Source of the DNA: Roseibacillus sp.
GTDB taxonomy: Bacteria > Verrucomicrobiota > Verrucomicrobiia > Verrucomicrobiales > Akkermansiaceae
DNA length: 64,000 bases
Direction: 5' to 3'
Assembly: GCA_051251855.1 (NCBI GenBank)
Contig: JBPOGI010000002.1
Coordinates: 544,001-608,000, forward strand
Shown: piece after piece, positions 18,494-27,416 of the stretch
Layout of the letters: the number at the start of each line of letters is the position of its first letter
How positions within the stretch are numbered: the stretch's first letter is position 1
Notes under the pieces: generated by a model
Told to the model about the DNA's origin: nothing
Database searches by the model: none
What the model saw: only the letters and a program-made list of their open reading frames with translations
Made by a program: the position numbers and the translations under genes

Positions 18494-20473
18494 TTAGTCG
18501 ACTTTCTGGAAAACGATGGCGCTGCGGTTGGGGAGGTAGGCGCGGAGGTTGCTGTCGAGGGCGTGGTGGAGGGAGCCGGTTTCGAGGCGTTTGAGGCCGT
18601 CGAATTCGGCGGCGTCGGTGTCGAGGATGTGTTTGAAGGTTCCCGGGACGTGAGTGGGGATGCTGTAGTCGGGGATGCTGTTGTGGGGATGGAAGTTGAA
18701 GGCGAAGATGAGGTTGGCGCGTTCGAATTGAATGGAGAGGTTGCCTTGATCGACGTTGAGGAGTTGGGCGGGGGCGGCTTCGAGGACTTTGTGGTCGCGC
18801 ACGAGTTCGAGCATCGCTTGTTCGAAGTTTTGCAGGCCGCCGTATTTGAGGTCGGGGTTGTCGGCGAGGTGCCATTGACGACGGGCGTATTTGTAGGACC
18901 AGTCGTTGCCTTCGCGTGGGAAGTCGATCCACTCGGGGTGGCCGAATTCGTTGCCGATGAAGCTGAGCCAGGCTTCGCCACCGGCAATCATGGTGAGGAG
19001 GCGAATCATTTTGTGGAAGGCAATGCCGCGGTCGATGATGGGACTTTCGTCCGTCTTTTTCATCTTCCAATACATCTCTTTGTCCATGAGCCAGAAGGCG
19101 AGGGTCTTGTCGCCGACGAGGCCTTGGTCGTGGGACTCGGCGTAGGCCACGGTCTTTTCGCCATAGCGTCTGTTAGAAAGTTGATTCCAAAGGACGTTAA
19201 GGTCCCATTGTTCGTCGGGGGTGTGTTTGAGGAGTTTGATCCAGTGGTCGGGGATGCCCATGCCGAGGCGATAGTCGAAGCCGAGTCCGCCGTCGGCGGG
19301 GGGCTTGCAGCAGCCGGGCATGCCGGAAAAATCTTCCGCGATAGTGAGGGCCCCCGGAAAGATTTCACGGATGAGGGTGTTGGCGAGTTGAAGGTAGGTA
19401 ACAGCGCTCCAGTCGACGCCGTCGTAGAAGTATTTGTCGTAGTGGTCGAAGGTGGTGTCGCCATGATGGTGGTAGAGCATGGAGGTGACTCCATCGAAGC
19501 GGAAGCCGTCGAAGCGGAAGTCTTCAAGCCAATAGGCAAGGTTGGAGAGGAGAAAGCCTTGGGTGGAGGGGTGGCCGTAGTCGAAGAGAAGGGAGTCCCA
19601 CTGTTCGTGCTCGCCGGCGGGGCCGCTGTGGAGGAGGTAGCCTTCCTTGCCATCGAATTCGCGAATGCCTTCGGCGAAGTTTTTGATAGTGTGGGAGTGA
19701 ACGAGGTCGAGAACAACCGAGATACCTAATCCGTGAGCGTCGTCGACGAGGGCGCGGAGTTCGTCGGGGGTGCCGAAGCGGCTGGAGGGGGCGAAGAAGT
19801 TGGCGACGTGGTAACCGAAAGACCCGTAGTAGGGGTGCTCGGCAATAGCCATCATTTGCACGGTGTCGTAGCCGAGCTTGGCGATGCGGGGGAGGACGAA
19901 GGTACGGAACTCTTCGTAGGTGCCCACACCTTCGCGCTCGGTGGCGATGCCGAGGTGGGCCTCGTAGATGCGAGGGGCGGTGGACTTGGTGGGGCGTTCG
20001 TTTTTCCACTGATAGGGTTGCGCGGGATGCCAGACGGTGCTCGTGAAAGAGTGATCTTCGGGATTTTGGAGGGCGTAACGAGTGAAGGGGGAGAGGCGTA
20101 GGTGGGTGCCGTTGTCGCCGACGACGCAGACCTTGTAATTGGAGAGGTGGGAGAGGCTGTCAGCGGGGAGGGTGAGGTGCCAATTGCCTTCGTTGTCGCG
20201 GGTGGCGGGGTGGGCGTTGTTGTCCCAATTATTGAAGTCGCCGACAAGGGAGAGTTGGTGGGCGTGGGGAGCGTATTCGCGGTAGGTCCACTGTTGGTTG
20301 GCTTCGTCGAAGAGGAGGCCGTTGGTGCGGTGGAGGGTGGCTTGGTTTTTGAGAGGGGTGTCGCCGGAGCTTTGGAAGAAGCGGTCGCGACGGCTGGCAA
20401 TAGCGTTGTGGTAGGGCGCGAGCCAAGGGTCGTCGGTGACGAGAGTCAGTTCTTCTTCCATAGTGGATAGCAT
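18494..20473 (-). CDS. glgB: 1,4-alpha-glucan branching enzyme (GH13_8, eukaryote/Bacteroidota-like)
   Basis: RIYEAHLG, EHPYYGSFGYHV, LDLVHSH, FDGFRFDGVTSMLY, IAEDFSGMP, YAESHDQ, GNEFGHPEWIDFPREGN. Start 20473 or 20461. Confidence 0.93.
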   Translation of the reverse strand: MLSTMEEELTLVTDDPWLAPYHNAIASRRDRFFQSSGDTPLKNQATLHRTNGLLFDEANQQWTYREYAPHAHQLSLVGDFNNWDNNAHPATRDNEGNWHLTLPADSLSHLSNYKVCVVGDNGTHLRLSPFTRYALQNPEDHSFTSTVWHPAQPYQWKNERPTKSTAPRIYEAHLGIATEREGVGTYEEFRTFVLPRIAKLGYDTVQMMAIAEHPYYGSFGYHVANFFAPSSRFGTPDELRALVDDAHGLGISVVLDLVHSHTIKNFAEGIREFDGKEGYLLHSGPAGEHEQWDSLLFDYGHPSTQGFLLSNLAYWLEDFRFDGFRFDGVTSMLYHHHGDTTFDHYDKYFYDGVDWSAVTYLQLANTLIREIFPGALTIAEDFSGMPGCCKPPADGGLGFDYRLGMGIPDHWIKLLKHTPDEQWDLNVLWNQLSNRRYGEKTVAYAESHDQGLVGDKTLAFWLMDKEMYWKMKKTDESPIIDRGIAFHKMIRLLTMIAGGEAWLSFIGNEFGHPEWIDFPREGNDWSYKYARRQWHLADNPDLKYGGLQNFEQAMLELVRDHKVLEAAPAQLLNVDQGNLSIQFERANLIFAFNFHPHNSIPDYSIPTHVPGTFKHILDTDAAEFDGLKRLETGSLHHALDSNLRAYLPNRSAIVFQKVD

Positions 20474-20540
20474 TGAGAATCAGGCAGGAAAAATCGAGCC
20501 TAGGATTTGATTGATTTGGCCGAGGTACTGGCTACTGGAT

Positions 20541-20557
20541 AGCAGGGCAGGTGCCAA
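20541..20557 (-). promoter_or_regulatory. Putative sigma54 (-24/-12) promoter upstream of glgB
   Basis: Minus strand TTGGCAC-CTGCC-CTGCT, with GG and GC at canonical spacing. Confidence 0.5.
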
Positions 20558-20601
20558 GGGTGAGCGGGAGGCTGGACGGGCTTGGTTGTTTTTGTAGTGG
20601 G

Positions 20602-20623
20602 GCCGACGAGGCGTCGGCGCTAC
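20602..20623 (-). repeat. GTAG-type REP element
   Basis: Minus strand GTAGC-GCCGAC-gcctc-GTCGGC: GTAG tetranucleotide followed by a hairpin. Confidence 0.6.
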
Positions 20624-20630
20624 TTTGCCT

Positions 20631-21998
20631 CTAGTCCTTGGGGTCGCCGAGATTGAAGGTTTCTTCGACGAAGTCGATTTCGGTGACGGGCTTGGAAGAT
20701 TTCTTGGGCTCGGGTTTCCTCGGCTTGGTTTTGGGAGGTTCTTCGGCGGGTGCCTCTTCTGAAGAGGCGGCTGGGGCTTCTTCCGTTGGGGTGTCTGAGG
20801 GAGCTTCGGGAGTGGCTTCGTCGCTTGAGAGATCGGTGACTTCTTCGGCGGGCTTTTCGGGGCGCTCGTGAAGATATGGCTTTTTGAGGGAGGGGTCGGC
20901 TTCGACTTGCTCCATGGTGGGGTAGTCGGTGTAGCCCTTTTCGTCGCCGCCGTAGAAGGAGGCACGGTCGTAGTCGGTGAGGGGGGCGTCAGTCTCGAGG
21001 CGCTTGACGAGGTCGGGGTTGGAGATGGCGAGGCGGCCGAAGGCGATGAGGTCGGCTTGGGCGTGATTGAGGAGAACGCTGGCGCTTTCCTTGAGGTGGC
21101 CACCGGAGGAGATGAGGGTGCCCTTGAAAATGGGACGCCAGTCTTTAGAGGAGAGGGGGAGGCCGTAGGTGCTGATGTCGTAGTCGCCGAACATGCGGGG
21201 CTCGACGAGGTGGAGGTAGGCGAGCTCGTGGTCGTTGAGTTTGTCGATGACGTATTTGTAGAGGGGCTCGGCGTTGGTGGGGTCGATGTCGTTGAAGGTT
21301 CCGGGAGGGGAGAGGCGGAGGCCGATGCGTTCGGGCCATTCGGTAGAGACGGCGTCGAGGACTTCGAAGAGGAAACGGGCGCGGTTCTCGATTGAGCCGC
21401 CGTATTCGTCTTTGCGCTTGTTGCTGTTTTCGGCGAGGAATTGATTGATGAGGTAGCCGTTTGCTCCGTGGATTTCGACGCCGTCGAATCCGGCTTCGCG
21501 CGCGGCTTTGGTGGCCTTGCGGTAGTCTTCGATGGTGAAGTCGATGTCGTCAGGGGTGAGTTGGCGGGGTTTGACGATTTTGTCGACGGGGCTCCAGTCG
21601 GGCTTCCAGATTTCGACTTCGCGGGCGCCGATGGGTGAGGGGGCGGGGGGGAATTTGCCGTTGGGCTGGTAGGCAGGGTGGGAAATGCGGCCGCAGTGCC
21701 AGAGTTGGCAGAAAATGAGTCCGCCAGCTTCGTGGACGGCGGCGGTGACCTTCTTCCAGCCTTCGATTTGCTCAGGGGTGTGGATGCCGGGGGTGGCGGG
21801 ATAGCCGTGGCCGGCGGCGTTGACGGGGGTGGCCTCGGTGATAATGAGGCCCATGGAGGCGCGCTGGCGGTAGTATTCCACCATGAGGTCGGTGGGGACG
21901 TTGCCTTCGGCGGCGCGGTCACGGGTGAGGGGGGCCATCACGACGCGGTTAGGCAGGGTGAGACCGGGAGCGAGTTCAAAAGGTTCGAAAAGTTTCAT
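20631..21998 (-). CDS. Old yellow enzyme / alkene reductase (NemA-like) with acidic Pro-rich C-terminal tail
   Basis: PNRVVMAPLTR, QLWHCGRISH, AGFDGVEIHGANGYLINQF, DEYGGSIENRARF, KGYTDYP. Start MKLFEPF at 21998. Confidence 0.9.
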   Translation of the reverse strand: MKLFEPFELAPGLTLPNRVVMAPLTRDRAAEGNVPTDLMVEYYRQRASMGLIITEATPVNAAGHGYPATPGIHTPEQIEGWKKVTAAVHEAGGLIFCQLWHCGRISHPAYQPNGKFPPAPSPIGAREVEIWKPDWSPVDKIVKPRQLTPDDIDFTIEDYRKATKAAREAGFDGVEIHGANGYLINQFLAENSNKRKDEYGGSIENRARFLFEVLDAVSTEWPERIGLRLSPPGTFNDIDPTNAEPLYKYVIDKLNDHELAYLHLVEPRMFGDYDISTYGLPLSSKDWRPIFKGTLISSGGHLKESASVLLNHAQADLIAFGRLAISNPDLVKRLETDAPLTDYDRASFYGGDEKGYTDYPTMEQVEADPSLKKPYLHERPEKPAEEVTDLSSDEATPEAPSDTPTEEAPAASSEEAPAEEPPKTKPRKPEPKKSSKPVTEIDFVEETFNLGDPKD

Positions 21999-22054
21999 TT
22001 CTGGGCGAACGGTGCACTCTCTTTGCGAGTTTAGAAAGAGTGAATCTTGGCGTT

Positions 22055-23371
22055 TTACGGGGAAGATTCGCCTCGAGGTGGAACGGGTCTGCCCGTGGCG
22101 TCGATTGGAGTGATGCGGGTGATGAGGTATTGGTGTTGGCCGTCGGGAGTTGTTTGGTGTTTTACGAGGGCGTGGGCACTGGGGGCGATGTCGTTGAAGT
22201 CGAACTGGGATTGGCCAAATATGGAGTCTAGGGGGTGGTGGGAAACGGTGCCGGGACGGGTCTCGAGCTTGATTTGGGGGCGATATCCAAAGCCGTAGGC
22301 ATCGATTTGGGAGATGATTTGGAGGCCGGTCCAAGTCTTCTCTGATTCTCCATCGGTGTTGAGACTGTGGAATTCGCTGATAATTTCCAAGGTGGCGGTT
22401 TCGCCTACGCGAGCGAGGACTGAGGGGGTGACTTCAAGCGAGGTTCCAGCACCGGAATCGATAGAGTCCAGTTCTTGGTCAATTTGGTCGGGGAGATAGT
22501 AGCCCGATGAGAGTCCAAGATCGCGGTCGGAACTGATGAGGGTTGATTCTTGGCGGTGTTGAATAGGGGGGCGTCGAAGTGATTCAATAAGAGCGTCGAG
22601 GCGCAGGTGGCCCTGAGGATTTTGGACGGAGATAATGGTTCTTCGGTCAGCAGATTTGCTCGTTTCGGCTCCGCTGGGGACCATTCCTAGTTGAGCAAGG
22701 AGCTCTGCAGTGGATCTTTTCTTGCTCGGAAGTCGGGGTGCGTTCTGAATATCGTTAGTGCGTAGCAGCTGATTGAGGTTGTGACTAAAATCGGGAGGGA
22801 TGGTCCAAGCGCGAGTGAACTGATTACTTGAATCGACCGGGGGGAGGTCAGAGTTTTTCAGAAAGGAGAGTTCGGTGTTCGTGAGGTCGAACGTTGTTTC
22901 GTAGGCTGCGGAGATGGTGAAGAGCGCGGAGAGGAAAGAGCGATTGAGAAGGTGGAAGTCGTGCTGGGTATCAAGGTCGCTGGGGAGGGTGATATTGAGG
23001 TTAAGTGGCTCTTCGTTAGTATGGGCGCAGATGTCGGCGTAGGCTTGGAGGAGGGCTGCGACGGCTTCGGAAAGGGTGACGTTGCTGAGTTCGAGTTTGG
23101 GGATGTGGAAGTTCTTGAGCTCTTTGCAAGTGTGGTCGCGTCGGTCGGGGAAGTTGGGGGAAGGCTCAATGGTTGAGCTAGGGATGCTTAAGACGTTGTT
23201 CGACTTGGAGTTGGCTCGGGAACTGGATTGAGCGAGAAGGTTTTGAGATTTGGAGGGTGGGCGATTGTTTTGGCTGAGGGAGGTGTTTTTGCTCGAATGG
23301 TTGTTCCGTTTGATAAGAAAGGCTGCGAGCGCGAACAATAGAATCGCAGGAATGAGCCATCGTTTTCGCAT
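22055..23371 (-). CDS. Membrane-anchored/secreted protein with degenerate secretin-like (N0/N3 plus short secretin) architecture
   Basis: N-terminal TM/signal, PKLELSNVTLSEAV, TRAWTIPPDF, NPQGHLRLDALIESL, TPSVLARVGETATLEIISEF, ITPIDATGRP. Confidence 0.55.
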   Translation of the reverse strand: MRKRWLIPAILLFALAAFLIKRNNHSSKNTSLSQNNRPPSKSQNLLAQSSSRANSKSNNVLSIPSSTIEPSPNFPDRRDHTCKELKNFHIPKLELSNVTLSEAVAALLQAYADICAHTNEEPLNLNITLPSDLDTQHDFHLLNRSFLSALFTISAAYETTFDLTNTELSFLKNSDLPPVDSSNQFTRAWTIPPDFSHNLNQLLRTNDIQNAPRLPSKKRSTAELLAQLGMVPSGAETSKSADRRTIISVQNPQGHLRLDALIESLRRPPIQHRQESTLISSDRDLGLSSGYYLPDQIDQELDSIDSGAGTSLEVTPSVLARVGETATLEIISEFHSLNTDGESEKTWTGLQIISQIDAYGFGYRPQIKLETRPGTVSHHPLDSIFGQSQFDFNDIAPSAHALVKHQTTPDGQHQYLITRITPIDATGRPVPPRGESSP

Positions 23372-23458
23372 TTCTCTAGTTTGTGGAAAATACGGTGGGT
23401 GTCGAGCTGAGGGTTTAGGGTGTGCCGTCTAGCGTTGTTTCCATCCTCGAAAATAAAA

Positions 23459-23521
23459 GGAGCAGGGCGATTCTTGTCTCTGAATCGGTTCAGTGGTCAA
23501 GGACAGGAATGTCCTTGCTCC
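23459..23521. repeat. GGAG-type REP inverted doublet
   Basis: ggagcagggcgattcttgtctctga ... tcaaggacaggaatgtccttgctcc. Confidence 0.75.
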
Positions 23522-23547
23522 GTAAATTTGGCGACTTGGTCGGCCTC

Positions 23548-25908
23548 TTACTTTTTCGCGGTCTCTTTGGCCAAAGAGGGGGTGATGACGAGGGTGGTTC
23601 CGCTGGCAATTTGATGAGGAACCGGGTGCCCGTTTTTCATGATGAGGACTTGGGCGAAGATGTTTTTGTTTTTGCCGTGTTTGACGTCGGCGGGGACTTT
23701 GAGAGGGATTTTGACCGACTTGTCGCTGGCCTTAATTGAGATGGGCTGAGCGGTGACCTTGTGAGGAAGACCGCTGAGGGTGAGTTGGGCTTGGCCGTCG
23801 AAAGGTTGCAGGTTTTCGAGTTCGCAGACGAGGGTGACGTCTTGGCCGACTTCGGTGGTGGCGAGGTCGATGCTGCCGTTGAGGAAGGGTTCGGCGACGG
23901 TGAGGGTAACGAAGGGGCTGGAGACGCGCACGTTGCCCATTTTGGTTTTGGCTTCGCCGGTGACGAGGAGCGACCAGTTGCGGGTGGGGGCTTCGCTGTT
24001 GGCGTTGATGGGAATGGTGACTTCGTTTTTGTCGGCGGGGATGGTGACTTCGGGTGGAGCTCCGACTCCGGGAGGACGCCAAGGCAGTTTGACTTTGATG
24101 GCTTCCTTGTAGTCTTTGGCTCGTTTGGCGCGGACGATGAGGGACATGGTGCCGTTGCGCACGAGGGGGACTTTGGGAGCGACGATTTCGAGGTGGAAGG
24201 GGGCTTCTTCGATGACGGCGACGGCGAGGCGTTCGTTGTAGGTGGAGCAGAAGGGGCCAGCGTTGTTGATTTCGACGTGATGGATGTTTTCATGAAGGGG
24301 GCCGGTGAGGCCGCTCTTGGTGTCCTTGATGGTGAAGGTGGTGAGGGTAGAGCCGAGGGGGGCGTCTTTGGCGGCGGAGAAGAGGATGGGGAAGTTGGCG
24401 GGGCTGCGCGGGGCGGGCTCGGATTTGACGGTAACTCCGGTGGGGAGTTTGTCGTGTTGGAGGACGACGTCGTTGTTGGTGTTTTGGCGGGCAACGTTGG
24501 GGACTACTGCGAGGTGGTTGCCGCGTGGAATGACGATGGCGCGGTGCTTCTGACTGTCGTTGTTTTGAGCGTAGGGAAGCTCGGCGCTGAGGCTGGGGGA
24601 GCGGGGAGTGATCTCGACGACGTAGGTGTAGTCGGGACCTCCGCGGTTGAGGTGATCGCGGACGAGGAGAAAGTAGTCGCCGTCGTCAGGAGCTTTGAAG
24701 TCGAACTTGGAGTCGGGGTTGTTGCCCTCGTCGTCGGCATTTCCGAGGTTCTTTTTGTCTTTGGCATTTCGAACGCCGATGGTGGGGTCGAGGGGGGAGC
24801 GCAAGGAGCGGGCGTGGACCTGGATGCGAATGTCTTGTCCTTTTTTTGCTGAGAAACGGAACCAGTCTTTGTCGTCTTCTTTTTCGAGGATGCCGTGACA
24901 AACGAGGGGAATGGGTGCGCCTTTTTGTTCGACGATTTCGAAGCGGTCGTTGGGTTCGCTTTCGGAAATGATGGGAAGGTCGGTGACGAGGATGGGGTTG
25001 GGGGAAGGGGCTTTGCGGCCGTTCACCTCGGCAAAGAGAGGGGTGGAACCGAGTTTGTTAGGAAGGGTGACGGTTTGTTTGTTTTCGCCTGCGGGGCCTT
25101 TGAAGGTGAGTTCGAGTTTTTGGCCAGGCTTGCCGACGGGAGGGTGCACGGAGGTGGGGCGGGGGGACTCGGAGAGTTGTAAGAGATAGTTGGCGGCGTC
25201 GGCTCCTTGGTAGGAGGATTCACGCACGAGGATGGTGTAGTCGCCGTCTTCGGGAAGAGTGAGTGAAAGGTAGGGGTCGCGCTTAGTGAGGACGGTGTCG
25301 TCACAGGTGGCGAGTTCGAAGCGATTAGAGTCGAGAATGGCGAGGTAGGGGTCGAACATGGTGCGGCCGAGTCGCATGCCGAAGACTTCGATAGTGACTT
25401 GTTGTCCTTTTTTTCCCTGGAAGCGGTAGTAGTCGGCGTCTTCCTTGCGGGCGATGCCGTGGACGACGGTGTTGAGTTTGATGGCTTGGGGGGTATCGAA
25501 GGTGTCGTTCGTCTCGTTGGTTTTCTTTCGTTTTTCGTCGAAGGTGCCGGCTTCTTTGACAGTGGGGAAGGGGTTGACCCAGAAGGTGCGGAGATAAGTG
25601 ACACCTTGTTTGGTTCTGACGCGAAAGGGATGTTCCCCGAGGGGGGCGTCGGCGGCGATGTGGAAGATTCCTTCGATGCGTTTGTTATTTACGAACTTGA
25701 GGTCGGAGACGGTGATGCCGGGACGATAGAAGATGATTTCTTCAGGGTCGTTGAGACGGTCGCCATGGATGGTGGCTTTGACCTCGGTGCCAAGTTGTCC
25801 CCCTCGCGGAAAGACGGTGTGGGCGATGGGGTCGAAGGCGAAGAGAGTGGGGAGGCTGGCAAGGAGGAGAGCTAGCTGGAAAAGGACTGCGTTGGAGAAG
25901 TTTTTCAT
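23548..25908 (-). CDS. Secreted PPC (pre-peptidase C-terminal) domain protein, PVC-type
   Basis: Signal peptide, FPRGGQLGTEV, repeated E.EPND / D.DYYRF.GKKGQ / DPYL motifs. No protease catalytic triad recognised. Confidence 0.8.
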   Translation of the reverse strand: MKNFSNAVLFQLALLLASLPTLFAFDPIAHTVFPRGGQLGTEVKATIHGDRLNDPEEIIFYRPGITVSDLKFVNNKRIEGIFHIAADAPLGEHPFRVRTKQGVTYLRTFWVNPFPTVKEAGTFDEKRKKTNETNDTFDTPQAIKLNTVVHGIARKEDADYYRFQGKKGQQVTIEVFGMRLGRTMFDPYLAILDSNRFELATCDDTVLTKRDPYLSLTLPEDGDYTILVRESSYQGADAANYLLQLSESPRPTSVHPPVGKPGQKLELTFKGPAGENKQTVTLPNKLGSTPLFAEVNGRKAPSPNPILVTDLPIISESEPNDRFEIVEQKGAPIPLVCHGILEKEDDKDWFRFSAKKGQDIRIQVHARSLRSPLDPTIGVRNAKDKKNLGNADDEGNNPDSKFDFKAPDDGDYFLLVRDHLNRGGPDYTYVVEITPRSPSLSAELPYAQNNDSQKHRAIVIPRGNHLAVVPNVARQNTNNDVVLQHDKLPTGVTVKSEPAPRSPANFPILFSAAKDAPLGSTLTTFTIKDTKSGLTGPLHENIHHVEINNAGPFCSTYNERLAVAVIEEAPFHLEIVAPKVPLVRNGTMSLIVRAKRAKDYKEAIKVKLPWRPPGVGAPPEVTIPADKNEVTIPINANSEAPTRNWSLLVTGEAKTKMGNVRVSSPFVTLTVAEPFLNGSIDLATTEVGQDVTLVCELENLQPFDGQAQLTLSGLPHKVTAQPISIKASDKSVKIPLKVPADVKHGKNKNIFAQVLIMKNGHPVPHQIASGTTLVITPSLAKETAKK

Positions 25909-25917
25909 GGATCGATT

Positions 25918-25975
25918 ATGAAGTGCTAGGCTTAAGCGTAGCTTGGTTAACTCAGGCTAAAACCTGAGGCTTCAT
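25918..25975. repeat. Degenerate REP-like inverted doublet (ATGAAG...CTTCAT)
   Basis: atgaagtgctaggcttaagcgtagc ... ctcaggctaaaacctgaggcttcat; each half has an internal hairpin. Confidence 0.45.
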
Positions 25976-25984
25976 GTTTGGGTG

Positions 25985-27319
25985 CTAGGCTTTGTTCTCG
26001 AGGATGCCATCGATGACTTGGCCTCCGTCGACAATCTCGATGGGGCGGTCGCCTGGGGCCATGAGTTCTTTGTCGGCGGTGATGCCGAGCTGGTGGTAGA
26101 CGGTGGTCATGAGGTCGGCGGTATTGACCGGGTTTTCTTCGGGTTCGCCAGCGAGGGAGTCGGAGGCACCGTAGATCATGCCTTTTTTGACCCCGCCACC
26201 CGCAAGCATTACGGAGAAGACGCGGGGCCAGTGATCGCGGCCGCCGTCTTTGTTAATTTTAGGGGTGCGGCCGAATTCGGTGGTGAGCATGACGAGGGTG
26301 TTGTCGAGCATGCCGCGGTTGCCAAGGTCGCTGAGAAGGGCGGCGACGGAGTGGTCGACATCGGGCATGGTCTTGCCGAAGCCGTCTTTGATGTTTTGGT
26401 GGTGGTCCCAGCCTCCGGCAGTAAGAGAGACGAAACGGACTCCGGATTCGACGAGGCGGCGGGCGAGGAGCATGCGTTGGCCGGGTTGGTGGCGACCGTA
26501 GAAGTCGCGCATCTTGTCGGTCTCTTGTTTGATGTCGAAGGCCTCGCGCGCTTTTTGGGAGGAGATGAGCTTGTAGGCGTGGTCGTAGAAGGCGTCTACG
26601 GAGGCGATGGCGTCGGAGTTTTCCAAGTCGCGGAAGTGGGCGTCGACGGTGTTGAGGAGGGAGCGGCGGCGGTCGAAGCGTTCTTTGCTGACGCCTTCGG
26701 GGAGGTTGAGGTCGCGTACTTTAAAGTTTTTGTTGGAAGGATCGGAGCCGATAGCGAAGGGGCCGTGTGCGGAAGAAAGATAGCCGGAATTGGCGAATTC
26801 GTTGGGCACTTGTGGGATGCAAACGTAGGGCGGGAGGCTTTCACGCGGGCCGAGTTCGTGAGAGATGACGGATCCGACTGAGGGATACTGTAGGGCGGGA
26901 GAGGGTCGGTAGCCGGTGAACATGTTGTGGGTGCCGCGCTCGTGGGCGGCTTCCCCGTGAGCCATGGAACGGATAACGGTGAATTGGTCCGCGATTTTGG
27001 CGAGTTTGGGGACTTTTTCGCCAAAGCGGACGCCGGGAAGGGCTGTTTCGATGGAGCCATAGGGGCCGCGATACTCGGAAGGGGCGTAGGGCTTAGGGTC
27101 GAAGGATTCCTGGTGCGCCATTCCGCCGGGGAGGAAAATGTTGATGACGGATTGGGCGACTGGCTTGTGGAGCTCGTAGTCCTTGAGGGCGGCTCCGGCT
27201 TGCTGGCGCAGGAAGGTGGGGAGGGTGAGTCCGAGGGAGCTGATGACGCCGACATGAAGAAACTCGCGGCGAGAGGAGGAGCGTGAGAGGGGGTTGCCGG
27301 GGCAGGGATGGTTTTTCAT
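25985..27319 (-). CDS. DUF1501 domain protein (Tat-exported)
   Basis: SRREFL Tat motif, IFLPGGMAHQESFDPKP, LLARRLVESGVRFV, GWDHH, EFGRTPKIN..GGRDHW. Confidence 0.9.
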   Translation of the reverse strand: MKNHPCPGNPLSRSSSRREFLHVGVISSLGLTLPTFLRQQAGAALKDYELHKPVAQSVINIFLPGGMAHQESFDPKPYAPSEYRGPYGSIETALPGVRFGEKVPKLAKIADQFTVIRSMAHGEAAHERGTHNMFTGYRPSPALQYPSVGSVISHELGPRESLPPYVCIPQVPNEFANSGYLSSAHGPFAIGSDPSNKNFKVRDLNLPEGVSKERFDRRRSLLNTVDAHFRDLENSDAIASVDAFYDHAYKLISSQKAREAFDIKQETDKMRDFYGRHQPGQRMLLARRLVESGVRFVSLTAGGWDHHQNIKDGFGKTMPDVDHSVAALLSDLGNRGMLDNTLVMLTTEFGRTPKINKDGGRDHWPRVFSVMLAGGGVKKGMIYGASDSLAGEPEENPVNTADLMTTVYHQLGITADKELMAPGDRPIEIVDGGQVIDGILENKA

Positions 27320-27416
27320 GACAAGAGTTGGCGGAGATGAACAGGCGTGACATTGACGCCTGCGATGAATACGTCACAGTTGTAAGAGCCCTTTCATACG
27401 GGATTGACTGTCGAGA

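Noticed and set aside
18343..21922. Long overlapping ORFs (18365-19729 +, 18343-18987 -, 20480-21922 -)
   Set aside because: Shadow frames of glgB and the alkene reductase, with skewed amino-acid composition.
21999..22334. N-terminal extension of the alkene reductase ORF
   Set aside because: Overlaps the upstream gene; the family start MKLFEPF is at 21998.
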